Below, piece after piece: positions 25,641-38,600 of a DNA stretch of 64,000 nucleotides. Under the pieces are notes generated by a model. The model did not search any database. It was not told the DNA's origin and saw only the letters and a program-made list of their open reading frames with translations. The DNA comes from Trichoplax adhaerens. Taxonomy: Eukaryota; Animalia; Placozoa. The stretch's first letter is position 1. Each line of letters starts with the position of its first letter. The stretch lies in assembly GCF_000150275.1 (NCBI RefSeq), contig NW_002060947.1, positions 542,695 through 606,694 of the forward strand, given 5' to 3'. The position numbers were made by a program, and so were the translations under genes.

Positions 25641-27291
25641 ATGTCATCGACAACCATTCAAGCTGAAGTAGCGTCGCATCCAGACGAGCCTGGCACGTCC
25701 GTGACAGAGAATGAAGGAGAAACCAATTCCGCCATGGAAGGCAATGATTTATCTCAAGGCAAGAGCTCGCAAGGGCAATTTTCTTCCATTGAGTTAAGTA
25801 ATCCTCAACCAGCATCATCGCTACCGACAGTAACTGTACCGCGTGAAGTTCCATCACCAACCACAAGCAGTACAAGTTATTATCCACCGTCAACAGTAGC
25901 TCCTCCACAACAACAATTCCATCAAGTCCCAACAAGCACTGCACCAACTTATTCTAATCCCAATGTTCGACCAACTCATTATCCACCACAACAATTTCAC
26001 TCTCCATCACAGCCATTTCAGTCTCCACTACAGCGCCCCTCAACTCCATCCACATCCAGTAATGTCTTACCCACTGCACCGGGTGGAGTTCAGATTGGTC
26101 GCAATGGCAATAATTTCAATTTTAAGCAATGGAGTACTACTACTTATCGTTATGCTAAGCAAATCATTAACGAACGAATTGGTCGAGGTACCAGAACATT
26201 TGATGCTCAATTGGAAGGACAAATACAAGGATTACGTGATACTCAATTTAAATATACATCGTTATTACGCTTAATCAAGCAATATATTATCCAGTTCAGA
26301 GCGGTCTTAATTACTCAAGCTAGTATGGGAGATACCTTTGCTGATTTAGCCATTCGATCGGTTGATCTTGAATCGGAATTTACATCCAACGCTAAAACTC
26401 AGGTACAACAACTAACTATTCACTTATTTGGATAGCATCGTACATACTTGAATGATCCTCTTTTGACTTGGTTACCATCTAATGACCATATTAGATGGGT
26501 TGTAATTATGGGATAGAAACGCAGAGAGAGAACATCGATTTATTGACAGTCGTGCTATTCCAATGCACTATTACAATCGTAGTTCATTTGTTCCTTTTAG
26601 CTGTGAATAGAGATGAGTAGTCTTGATCGCCTACATTGTTCTATTAATCCTCTTGACTCTTACACAGCCAGTCTTACTGTTAGTATCATCATGTCGCTGG
26701 CATTGACAATTTTTGCTTCCCTCTTTTATTATTATAGAAAGCGATCCTAGAGAATGGTGAAACGATGATGGCTGCCATGAACTTTGTAGTTTCCAGTTTA
26801 ACGACACTATGTGATAAAACTATGGCAGATACATTGGAAACAGTTAAAGTGTACGAAAATGCTAGGATAGAATATGATGCTATTCGTAACGAAGTAGAAA
26901 GTTATCCTGAAACTAATCAGTCCCCTCGAGCTATAGCATTACGACATGAATTCGGCTCGGCAAAAGAAAAATTTGAAAAGTTAAGAAATGATGTTAGCGT
27001 AAAACTTAAATTTTTAGAAGAAAACAAGGTAAATACACTGTTCTATTTTCAATGAAAATCAGCCAGTAAGTTAATTTTAGTGCATCCACTAACTGATCTA
27101 TTTTACTCCATTCATTCTATGAATAATGTTAGGCCAAAGTTATGCATAAGCAACTAGTTTTATTTCATGACGCATTTTGTGCCTACTTCAGTGGAAATCA
27201 AGAAGCTTTACAGACTATTGTTCGTGATTTTCATTTGAAACTCACTACGCAAAAAAGCACGAAGAAGCCGTCATTTTTAGAAAGTAGTTAG
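25641..27291 (+). CDS. ARFIP2: Arfaptin (AH/BAR domain), 3 coding exons
   Basis: Exons 25641-26402, 26738-27028 and 27133-27291. Motifs KQWSTTTYRYAKQIINERIGRGTRT, TLCDKTMADTLETVKVYENARIEYDA, KFEKLRNDVSVKLKFLEENK, VMHKQLVLFH..YFSGN and PSFLE. Probably co-orthologous to ARFIP1 and ARFIP2. Confidence 0.95.
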
Positions 27292-30200
27292 GTAAGACTT
27301 TCTGCTTAATGACTGATGTACCTATTTTACCAAGAAAGCTATATTTCTAACTGATGTATATCGTACAGTAAATGCTAACCATGATAACCTTTGTCGTTAA
27401 ATGGTGGTGTAGAATTTACCAATTGCTGCAGTACACTAATTTATAGTTGATATTGATGTAGATAAGGATGATGCTACTGTTATTGTACGTCTAATAGATA
27501 TTTTATTATAATCATAATTTAGGATCTCTTCAATACGTATTAAAATGGATAGTAGTGAATAATAATTCTATCTTATTGATGTAAACGTCCAAGGAATGTT
27601 TCTATGTCCACCGCTGTCGACCACGTGTCACTACAGAATGCTTTTTAACCTAGTATCGAACGTGATGGAATAGTAATTTTGGACGATATTCAACTAGCGA
27701 TGAGTTAAATACATACGCGTATATGCTAACTCAACTTAACAATGCATCTTCTAAATTGGTGAACTATATTAACCTGCTTAACGATATTATAACATGTCCC
27801 GGATATGAAAAAAGGAAGTTATTGTTCAATCTTTCTTCGACGATCCTTTATTTCTTGCTGATATCATAAATAATGATATAGATGCACTTGCTCTTTGTAT
27901 GATTAAAATTTTAAATTTAAATTATGCTGTCTTTAATAGTACCCATATTAAGGAATGGTACATTAAAGAATTACATATCATTCAGATCCAGTCTCTAATT
28001 GAAGTACGGAAAATGTATACTTTATGGTTCGTTCCAATTTGAATTATATTCCTGATATGGCTATTTTGTTTGTTAGCTACGTGGATTGATCTATAGTATG
28101 CTAATGGCATATTAATCTTGAACTTGTACAACAATCAATCTAAATGATATTGGCTAATTTGCCTTGAAAAAATGTAATAAATACTATGTTGGTCGTATGG
28201 TAATATTTCTGTAGATCTATCATACGCAACCGATATATGATACTCCAACGAAAAGACTAATATTAATTTGTGTGGCCAGCCTCAAAGATTATTTTTAAGT
28301 ACACTGAATATCAATATCGCATGATTTATTGCTATAATCGCTTATACGAAGAGAATTTCTTGCGATTTAGTATTGTATCGTTTGCAGATACAAAAGTTTG
28401 TAGACTTGGCTAAATCTGAAAATCTCTCTGCTTTCGATGAAAGCCCTACAATTAGAGCACTACTTTTTCTCCTTTGAACTATGAAGAGCATCACTTTCAT
28501 CATCTACAAGCTAATAATATAATTAGCTCTTTAATTGAAAGGTGGGTGATACAGTACGACTCAAATTCTTGCTCTTATGCATCTCTTGATAATGTTAGGA
28601 TCACCGTTAGGGTTAGGGATAGTTCATGGTTGATTGTCGCAGGGATTTCTACAACAAAATGGTCTACCTAGGGCGATTGAAACAATTCGTAGCATAAAGA
28701 TAACAGCGATAATGAATTAATTTGCTGTATGTACATTGTACTGTACATTTATTTCTCTTGTCGGTAAAGCGTTTACACTAAATTACTATATTCCATATAA
28801 TCTCTTGAATATTGCTTTGCTATCAAAGACGACTAACGTTCACATACTGCCTAATTATTGACACCAGTAGTTAACATGGATCCACCGTAGTATACAAGGA
28901 GTTGAATTTATCTCACTCAGACATCAAATAAATTGATTTTCCAAACCTCATACATTACGACATTGATAATTTAGACCTTACTGAGAATACTTTGGGGCTT
29001 TGCCTATAAATCTTTTTATGCGGTAATTTTGAATAGCGCGTGCTCTTATAAGTACATAGATTGGATTTGTAAAAGTCAATTTCTACCAATTGAATAATTA
29101 TGCCGGATATGCCCATAACTGCACACATTGTACAAGTAGATACATTCTAGAATTTCTATTATAATCGCTCGAGGATTAGTCACCCTTTTCCTGTTGCCAT
29201 TTATTTTTAATCTGTTGCATGTGTATTGCACCTTGTGTGAAGGACAGAGCGGTCATGGAAGTTTTCCGTAATTCCTCAAAATTAGACTGCCATTGTAACA
29301 TCGCGCCGCGAAGTACGCTAGGAAAATTGGTGTCCAGCATTTCAATTATGCGTATAACTGCAAACTAATCATGCACAGCAACAAGAACTTCTACGCCGTA
29401 CCACATCAATGAAGTCATGATTTTGCAATTAGTTCAAGCATTTTAATAATATTTATTGCAGATTGTCAGAAGAGCTGATTAATTTTGTATATAGAGTAGA
29501 ATAGTACTGGCTCAATCAACAACAGCGACCACTACGTATAATGGCAGCAATGATTAATTATATATATATACCATATACACGCAACACGCGTATATCTTAG
29601 TAGTATTCATGATATGGCAAGGCAAGTACAGTATTTGATGGCAGGATATGGTGCTCCATACAGAGTAGTAGCATGAAAATTCAGCCATTACACGTCGAGG
29701 TATAAAAATTGTTGATCATGTTTACTGCAGATATCCTATATCTACATCGGAATGCCTGAATTTTGGAGCATAGTTTTAACGTTAATACAAATTATACCCA
29801 TTTGATACTGACATTCTGCGATGCTCACCATTCGATATTCATATGCTGCTTCCAGGACGGCAATAAAGCCATCCAGTAGTGTCAAGCTAATACGTATATT
29901 ACTATTGCATTCATTTCATTTTAAGGTCGAATTAAACTTCAAAATAACGGAATTTTATTGATGAGTTGGATACGCCTCGATTGGATCGGTATTTGTACAG
30001 TACCTACTTCGAATTGGCACACCGTATTTGTATCATTGCGATGGCCGAAATTGAATCTATGGAATGGCTATGCCTTAGCGAATTTCTAGATAAAATGGAG
30101 CGAATTGAAAATACTCGCAAGTTCATCAATTTGTGCAGTTATTGCATAACTCGCATCCAACAGGCTTCTTAATTTTTGTCTTGATTTTGTTGAAATCCAA

Positions 30201-30312
30201 TCAGTAGAGTAGAAGTGATATCCATTACAAGACAACGCGTACTGACAGAGCTAATGCCAAAGGTAATTTAAAGAATAATTCGTCGAGTATAGCCAGTTCC
30301 ATTGATCAATCG

Positions 30313-30585
30313 CTAATTAATAGGCGACGATCTCTTGCTAATATCACTAAGGCGATTTACAACAAAGTTGCTGGTATCAATAAAACGTTCGACACAGTTG
30401 ACGATACAAGACTCTGAGCGTGAGTCAAGCTTTGCAGCAGGTCGGTCGATGCATTTCTCCCAGCAGACATCGGTTAAATTATGGACTAAGGCTTGGAAAC
30501 GTGCTTTTTGAGTTTCCATTTCAATTATTCGTTGGAGTTGAGGATCGCCGACCTGGTTAGCACCAGCACTAGCAAAGTCTTCCAT
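30313..30585 (-). CDS. TIMM8: Mitochondrial intermembrane-space small Tim chaperone Tim8 (90 aa, intronless CDS)
   Basis: ATG at 30585. [30 protein letters not shown]...[15 protein letters not shown] with a twin CX3C motif. Confidence 0.95.
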   Translation of the reverse strand: MEDFASAGANQVGDPQLQRIIEMETQKARFQALVHNLTDVCWEKCIDRPAAKLDSRSESCIVNCVERFIDTSNFVVNRLSDISKRSSPIN

Positions 30586-30867
30586 GATTGGTAGCGTGCT
30601 TTTCCGATGGCAAATGTCCTTGAAGTGCTCGCTGATACTAACGCTCAAGTACAGTGTTGCACCATCCCAATCGAGTAGATGATGTTGCTCGCCACAGAGC
30701 CAGGTAAAGCTTTTCTATAACCTTGTCCGTGTCCTTGACAAGCCAGTATAATCACGGTGGCAATGCTACGGTATTAACCTAAGTTCAGGTCATCGTCCTA
30801 TGCAACGTCTAACCTCATGCTTCAACTATGGCCTTCACCCGTTCACGGTTGACTCGTTTTTTCAGAA

Positions 30868-32130
30868 CTGTACAGTATGTAATGTACAGTACTGTACTGT
30901 AGCATGGACCACTAGAAATACTGTAGTGTACACTGTACTGTACAGTACTGTACAGTGTACACCTGGAGTGGACACTCTCCTCAGATGGACGGACTTTTCG
31001 TAGCAGATGAGGCCCAAAATGTCGAAAAATAGTTATTCAGTATGGATCTTCCGTGTCTGTTCTCTAAATCACTCGTATTCATTTGAATAGCCTTGATGAT
31101 CTAAAGTTACTATTTCCAAGTAGAGCTTAGTCACAGGCAATGGAATACAATGTAATATTACTTAATTTAGAAAAAAAACCAGTCAATTCAGAATCGACTG
31201 TACTGTATTGCACACGAATTGCATAGTACTGTATACTAAAGTACTGTCTATCATAAGGAAGTGTTTGACACAATTTGTTGACCAAAATTGGCCAGGCATC
31301 TGTCCATCCAAAGGTGTTTTGAATGCGTATGCAGTCTTGAATCAAGCTATCTTCACAGTACTGTAGTCCTTGACTGTACTGTACACTGTACAGTACTGTA
31401 TTTATCCATACTAATACTGTACACTGTACAGTACAGTACCATACCATCGACTACTAGATACTGTACACTGTACAGTACTGTACTGTACACAGTGTACACT
31501 GTACAGTACACTGTGCAGTATGCAAACTACTGTAATTGCACAGTACAGTACAGTACTGTACTTACAGTACACTGTACTACAGTATACTAAAATACTAATG
31601 TACAGTACAGTACTGTCTATGATAAGGAAGTGTTTGACATAATTTGTTGACCCAAATTGGCCAGGCGTCTGTCCATCCAAAGGCGTCTTGAATCAAGCTA
31701 TCTTCACAGTAGTCCTTGACTGTACTGTACTGTACAGTACTGTACACTGTACACTGTACAGTACAGTACTGTACAGTACAGTACCATCGACTACTAGATA
31801 CTGTACTGTACAGTACAGTGTGTCAATTCAGAATCGACTGGACAGTTACAGTTACTCCTGTTCACGGTTATCATAACTTATAAGGAAGCGTTTGACACAA
31901 TTTGTTGACCGAAATTGGCCGGATGTCTGTCCGCCCAAAGGCGTCTTGAATCAAGCTATCTTCACAGTAGTCCTTGCCTGTACAGTACAGTATTTATCCA
32001 CACTAATACAGTACTGTACATAGTACAGTAGAGGATCTCATAAGGGTAATTACTGTAGCAGTCCATGACATGACCTGAGTGATTCAGTACTGAGTATACA
32101 GGTGTGTGGTGTCCAGTACAGTACAGTGCA
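30868..32130. repeat. Composite array: ACAGT pentamer tracts interleaved with three copies of a ~105-bp conserved core, in the divergent TIMM8/PHKA promoter region
   Basis: Core TAAGGAAGYGTTTGACAYAATTTGTTGACCNAAATTGGCC...CAAAGG...TTGAATCAAGCTATCTTCACAGTA...GTCCTTG at about 31254, 31623 and 31881. Sub-modules GTCAATTCAGAATCGACTG (31182, 31822), TACCATCGACTACTAGATACTGTAC (31442, 31782) and TATTTATCCAYACTAATAC (31399, 31991). Confidence 0.92.
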
Positions 32131-32674
32131 GTGGAGCAAATTAATTATTAATTAGTCACACAGTCCAGTAGCTGGCCGATCGATCAAGTCCAATCAGAAA
32201 GTTCTAAATCTGTGCATATTATTCATTGAATTGATATACCGATCGCTTAATCAGCCTTATAATTACTTCAATATATCAAGGACTACCGTTTTATTCTCTT
32301 CTAGTAGTCCTTCACTACATCCAATATTCTATCCTGGGTGTTGATTGACCCAAATTGGATCATTCCATTCCCTTGAAGTGGTAGACTGACGTGATCGGCT
32401 AGCGCGTAGCATAAATTGAATGAAGAAAGAAGCCCTTGCGAAAGGACAAACAACTTTGCATACTGATACATGAGCCTATGACGAGGCGGTTTATCCATGT
32501 TGGCTATCTAATCAAGGAGGATGGAGTTGTATCTATGATCAAGTCTATTTGGTTGAGTAATTAATTGACTACTATACCACTGAGAAAGCTTACATCGAAG
32601 CAATAAATAGACAGTAAGTGGTACTATCAAATAGCTGGTTTACAATTCAGTACGCAAAGAAAGATCAACGCAAG

Positions 32675-35600
32675 ATGGGAAGTAGGAAAGATCTCCATGG
32701 ACGACTGGATTACTATAATCAGTTGATACAGGCCACAATATTGACTCATCAGGTAATTTTAGATTATGGACACAACTATCTTGAATCAGATATAAAGTTG
32801 TATTGGTTGATGATGCATTATCATGTACGATAGTTTTATACGCGCTGTAAGTAGATGATAAGCCAGATGTCAAGCACGTAAATATCATTTCAGCATTCAG
32901 CAATTCATCAAATGATGTATTCGGTCATGAAGTTCCCATGAATTCACTTAGCATGTACACTTGCCAACTTGAATGTCCAGTGGGTTGCACTGATTTATGG
33001 CCTATGGGTATAATATCCCAATTCAATAATTTAATTGCCTACTTTATGCACAGTACACGTTTAGTCTATTTTTATTGACTTCCTCCTGACTGCAGAGGAA
33101 TTGGCTGGCATTGCATACAGGAAATCATAAAACATTCATAGATATTGTACAATTTCTACAGCATCTCTTTATTTGTATAAATAAGAATAACATGGTATTG
33201 ATTGCTCTAATGATGGTACTTATTCTTATCAAATGCTTGCCAATAGAATCCAGTAACGGGCCTAATTGCCCAAAGAGGCAATCATGCATGGGTTCGTGAT
33301 AACGTCTATGGTATTCTAGCAGTCTGGGGTTTAGCCTTAGCATACAGAAAATTTGCTGACACAGATGAACAACGTGCAATGTCGTATGAACTAGAGCAGG
33401 TAAGTGACACTTATAATCTTCATCAGTATATTTAAAAGAATTTACCATTGAAATTGTTATTTTTACATGTTTTTCTATTCTCAGAGAGTGGTCAAGTTAA
33501 TGCGCGGTACTCTGATGTGTATGATGAGACAGGTATTATAGCTAATTATTGCCTTTATACACTATTTCGTCTATAAAATTGTTACGTAGTTGTTACTGGA
33601 TACTTCCCATTAAATATACCATTGAAATATACGGTATAATGTATAGGTGAACGTATAGAATAAACGACTAGATGGTGAACGTATAGGCTGACCGGTGATT
33701 TTACACGATTACCGGTTTCTTACACTAACCGTAACATATATACTTTATATATATAAATACATGTTAATGCCTAGACTGTTGAGTATGTTGTTATTGTTTG
33801 TTCATTCTAACCATTTCAATTCTTATTTATAATATCAGACGGCATTTTTGTTCCCTTATTGGTATCATAGACACTTTAAATTAAAGCGAAATATTTGATT
33901 TGGTAATTACAGATCGACAAAGTAGAAAAGTTTAAGAAAACCCAATGTGTCGATGATGCACTTCACGCCAAGTATAATGCGGGTAATCTATGCATTCTAA
34001 TATTTTTTATGAAATACTCATGTTTTGCTTTCGATTTATGAAAACATTATGATGATTTAATATCTAAGCAGTAAATGTTATCCACTTTATACTTAATAAA
34101 CATGATGTGCAGAAAATGGTAGCGTAGCAGCTGGTGATAAAAAATGGGGCCATTTGCAAGTCGATGCTACATCATTGTTTGTTTTAATGCTGGCGCAAAT
34201 GACTGCATCAGGTATTAGTGCTATGCATAACATTGATATCTTAAAATGAAACCGAATTCATAACGTAGACAATAGTTTGCAGGTAGCTGTTTTTAATTGA
34301 ACAATTTATTGTTGAAAAATACCATTTAAAAAAGCATTTAATACATAAAAAAGTGGCTCTTCTGTTATAAAATAATGACATAAAACTTAATATTAGTTTA
34401 GCTAGCTTGGAAATTCTTCGTATGATGTAAATCTTGATTATCATCACAATATCCATTACGAATTTTAAATACTTGGCTATTATTCTAGGATTGAAAATTA
34501 TTTTCACGACTGATGAAGTAGACTTTGTACAGAATTTGGTCTTTTACATTGGTAGTGCTTATCGAATTCGTGTAAGTCTACTATAGGTGTTATGCCTTTT
34601 TATGCTGAATATCAATATTTGTCATCTTTTATAACATATTATGAAGAAATGATTGTAATACATACTTTTAGTCATGTTCTATAATACTTATAGCAGCCTT
34701 GCATTGGTATTTAAATAAATAGGATTATGGAATTTGGGAGAGAGGTGATAAAACCAATCATGGATTGCCCGAATTGAATGCAAGTTCAATCGGAATAGCA
34801 AAGGTATAAAATAGGAAAGTGATTATAGTCACTATCCCTTTAATTTATCACCGCTAGCAATGTATCAATCAGAATTTCACTTTGAAGTTACTCTGGATAC
34901 TGTTTATAGGCTGCATTAGAAGCCATTAGTTCGTTAGACTTGTTTGGATCTCATGGCGGCCCGGCATCAGTAATTCATGTTATGCCTGATCAAATCAAAC
35001 AGTGTGAGGTAAACCTGTCTTACTATAATATTGTACATAATGGTACAAATTAATGTCAAGCTCCTTTACTTCAGTATAATTCCAATTTAATCAAGTTGAT
35101 AAAGTTTCTACTGTGCATACACGTATACTATAATATTGCTTATCGATATAATCTATTAGGTGGTTCTACAATCTATGCTTCCTAGAGAATCGAGCTCTAA
35201 GGTACTGAAAGAGGGCTTTTTGATATATAGGCCTAATATATCAAAAATCACTCTAAATTTCTGGAGGATTTTTTGTTGATTCCCAAGAATTTATTAGGAA
35301 TTAACTACCACATTTGAGTGTGTAATAGATATGTACCCATTATATGATCGTATAGGAAATTGGTGCAGCAACTTTATCTGTTATAAGTTTCCCCGCATTT
35401 GCTATAGCTGACGATGAACTTGTTCGAATTACAAGAAACGAAATTATTACCAAATTACAGGTATTACTTTATATGCTAACAAGCGATGAGTATCGTCTCA
35501 GTAAATCGTTCACATAGAGCTCTGCATATGTATACTTTTTTGCTAAGTATACACAATAAATTAAAATACAGGGGCGATATGGGTGTCGGAGATTTTTAAG

Positions 35601-38600
35601 GGACGGGTACATGACCGTTAGAGAGGTATGATAATTCAGTATCTAGATTTGATAATATTAATTGTTGATATAGAGTAACAACAGTCCTATTATATATCAC
35701 TTAGGATCACAGTAGGCTGCATTACGAACCTGCTGAATTGAAAGCTTTTGAAAATATTGAATGCGAATGGCCGCTATTTTTCGCTTACCTTATAATAGAT
35801 GGAGTATTTCGAGATGACATTGGACAGGTATGATGATTATTAGGCTAGTATTGAATGTAAAGTAGTCAATGCATAAGGGTCACAGCGAAGTGCAATATAA
35901 ATGCATGCTAAATATAAATAAAGGGTTGCAAGTTAATCTTAGAATGCTGCAGCAAATTAAATCACTCACTAAAGTTTAAGAAAACTCAATAATAGGGATA
36001 TAACAAGTTTTTTTATATTTCTTAGGTGGACTGTTATAATGGATTATTAGCTGATATTCTTGTTTTTGATGATTATGGTAATAAGCTGATGCCAGAGCTA
36101 TATTATGTGGAAGCAGATAAGGTTTTCAGTTGCAGTTGTTTTTACCATTATTTCGCACTTTTAAAATCTTACTGACCTAATGCTAGATAATATTATAATT
36201 TAATAGGTGGAAATGGAATATCAGAATCCGCATAGTCAAACACGTGTGCCTGGTCCCCATGTTCCGCATATCTGGGGTCAATCATTGTATATATTATCAT
36301 GCTTGCTGTGTGAGGTGAAGTATTACTAGCTAATGATGAGGTCGTATTTATTATAATTACTATTCGATGAACAGTAAAATTTAGATATGTCATACTTACG
36401 TCATTTAAACATAAAAGGAACTAATTACTCCTGGAGAAATTGACCCATTGAATAGGAGACACGTAGTTTTGCCAAATCCAGAACTTGTTGTTCAAGGTTT
36501 TTCCTAAATATTTGATTTAATATAAAACTTACGTATTGAAGTAATATTGTCCTAAGGTGATGAAAATAAGTATCTATTTTACTTACTTCATTGCATGAAA
36601 GTTGCTTTACTGGCTGAAGATGATAATGTCAGGCAGGAGCTAAATAATGAAGGAATTATAGCGGACACCCCGTCAAGTCTAAAGCAAATTGAAGTATTCC
36701 CACCAAGAATGTTGGCTTTAGCCTATCAACATTTAGGTTTATTGATGTAGTCTTTAAGCATGTAAAAACAATGATGAATGCAATGCATTACAAAATAGTT
36801 AAGGTCTTATTTTATTATCTGAAATGCTGTAGGAAGGAACGGTAAATTAGGTCTATCAGGGAGGTGAGCGATATAATGCATCAAATACTTATTAGTTATT
36901 GGTTGGTTTATGTAATCATTATGAATAATAAAGTGTACGGCAACTACGTCTAGCGAGAAAAAATTTATAGATTTCGTAACTACTCAATAGGCCTCTCCAA
37001 CTCACAGGATTAATATCTACCAGCTCGTTTTATAGAATTTTTGATTCAGTGGTAGCATTTACACCACAGGTAACTGATCATAAATGCTAGCAAGAGCATA
37101 CAATTCTAAGCTACAAAATATGTGTTACATACGTTTACTCTGTTAAAACAGTGTACGGATAATTTTTATAGTCAAAATTAATCATAAAGTTCTAGCTTTT
37201 AGGATTACTGTAGATGGCGGTAAATGGTATAATTTTGCCTAAATATTGTGTTTTATTTGACAGTTTCTCGATTATAAGCAATTTTACTTGTGTTTGGACA
37301 ATGAACTGCTTGTTAACGATATCGAAACCGATATCGGATCATTACAAGCTCACTGGCGTCTAACGGGAAGACCTACTATTACCCTACCAATTACCGCCAC
37401 TATGCTAAGTGCGTTACGGATTAAAGTTGCTGATGAATTAATACGGATTATATATTAATGTACTGTACTTACCGTCGAAAACTAGGCGTAGAGCCTGGAT
37501 CAGATCGACCATGGATCATAAAACTAATCACTAAAATGCAATTAGGATATATTAATGGCGTAAGGTAAAGCGCTTAAACGAAGTATGGATACTTTTCGAT
37601 AGTTCGGAAATGAAATGCTTTAGTAATATATTTGTATTACTGTTACTCGGTTGACATTAAAGGGTTCGACTAGGTAAATTAAACGATTTCTTGAGCACAT
37701 CCTGCGTAAAATCATTGGATTTTTTAGAGACACACTTTTCAGGTAAGTTATACCTGCAATTTAACTAGTAAAACCGCTGCCTATCGGAAGTAAGCAAATC
37801 AAATTTAACCTATTTTTATCGTATGTATTGTAGACTCTCCACAAGGTGTACCCCACAAGAATCCTAGCAGATTCTTCCAGATTTTAAGCTCACTCTCTCC
37901 GGACAGTGAAATTGTAAGTTGATGTATTAAATATTATTAATATCAAATCTGTGAAATATGGGATGTAACGAGTTTCTTCAAAAGGATGCCAGCTTGGATA
38001 CTTTCGCACCACCAAAGGTTCTCGGATCAGGAGCTACCACGCCGGAGCGTAATTTATCCATTCCAACTATTATTCGTTCAACTTATTCAAGTAATACCTC
38101 GGTATAAATAAATATTAAATATTGCACATTTTCTAATAATTTTGCTATAAAAATTGGTAGGCGAAAAGTTATTAGGTGACAAGGATCAGCGCTTGGTTGA
38201 TGTTATTGGACAGGGTTTACAGAAGCGCCACCGTCCATGGTCTCTTTTAGCAAAGGCTACACCTAGTTTACCGCAAGATTTGGATGCCGATGTTAGTGAT
38301 TTACTTCTAAAGTTGGAGAATGAAATTTCACTTCAGGAACTTGCAATAACGCTAAATTCTTTACTTGACAAACGGTACTGGTTCCGGTGTACAGTATTTG
38401 CACATCGTGTTCTATATTTTTAGAGATTCCGCACTGAACCTAATCCATCATTTTATTTATTATCTACAGTGGTGCAAATTTTGTTGTAGATTTACCTAGC
38501 CGTCTTGTAACGACTGTTGGAGATTTGATTGATGATTTATACAAACAGGTAAAGCAATATAGCGGTACATTTAGTTAGAACATATCCTAGCTGATAGTCT

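Noticed and set aside
25636-26274. Overlapping 103-aa ORFs antisense or out of frame to arfaptin exon 1
   Set aside because: Shadow ORFs of a GC-richer, low-complexity coding exon, with no recognisable motifs.
27600-30200. Possible extra gene between arfaptin and TIMM8 (ORFs 28474-28671, 29966-30172)
   Set aside because: Non-ATG starts, no motifs and no coherent exon chain. Probably UTR or intergenic sequence.
30800-31876. Short ORFs rich in YSTVQ/CTVLY (also 24722-24949)
   Set aside because: These are translations of the ACAGT pentamer repeats, not credible proteins.
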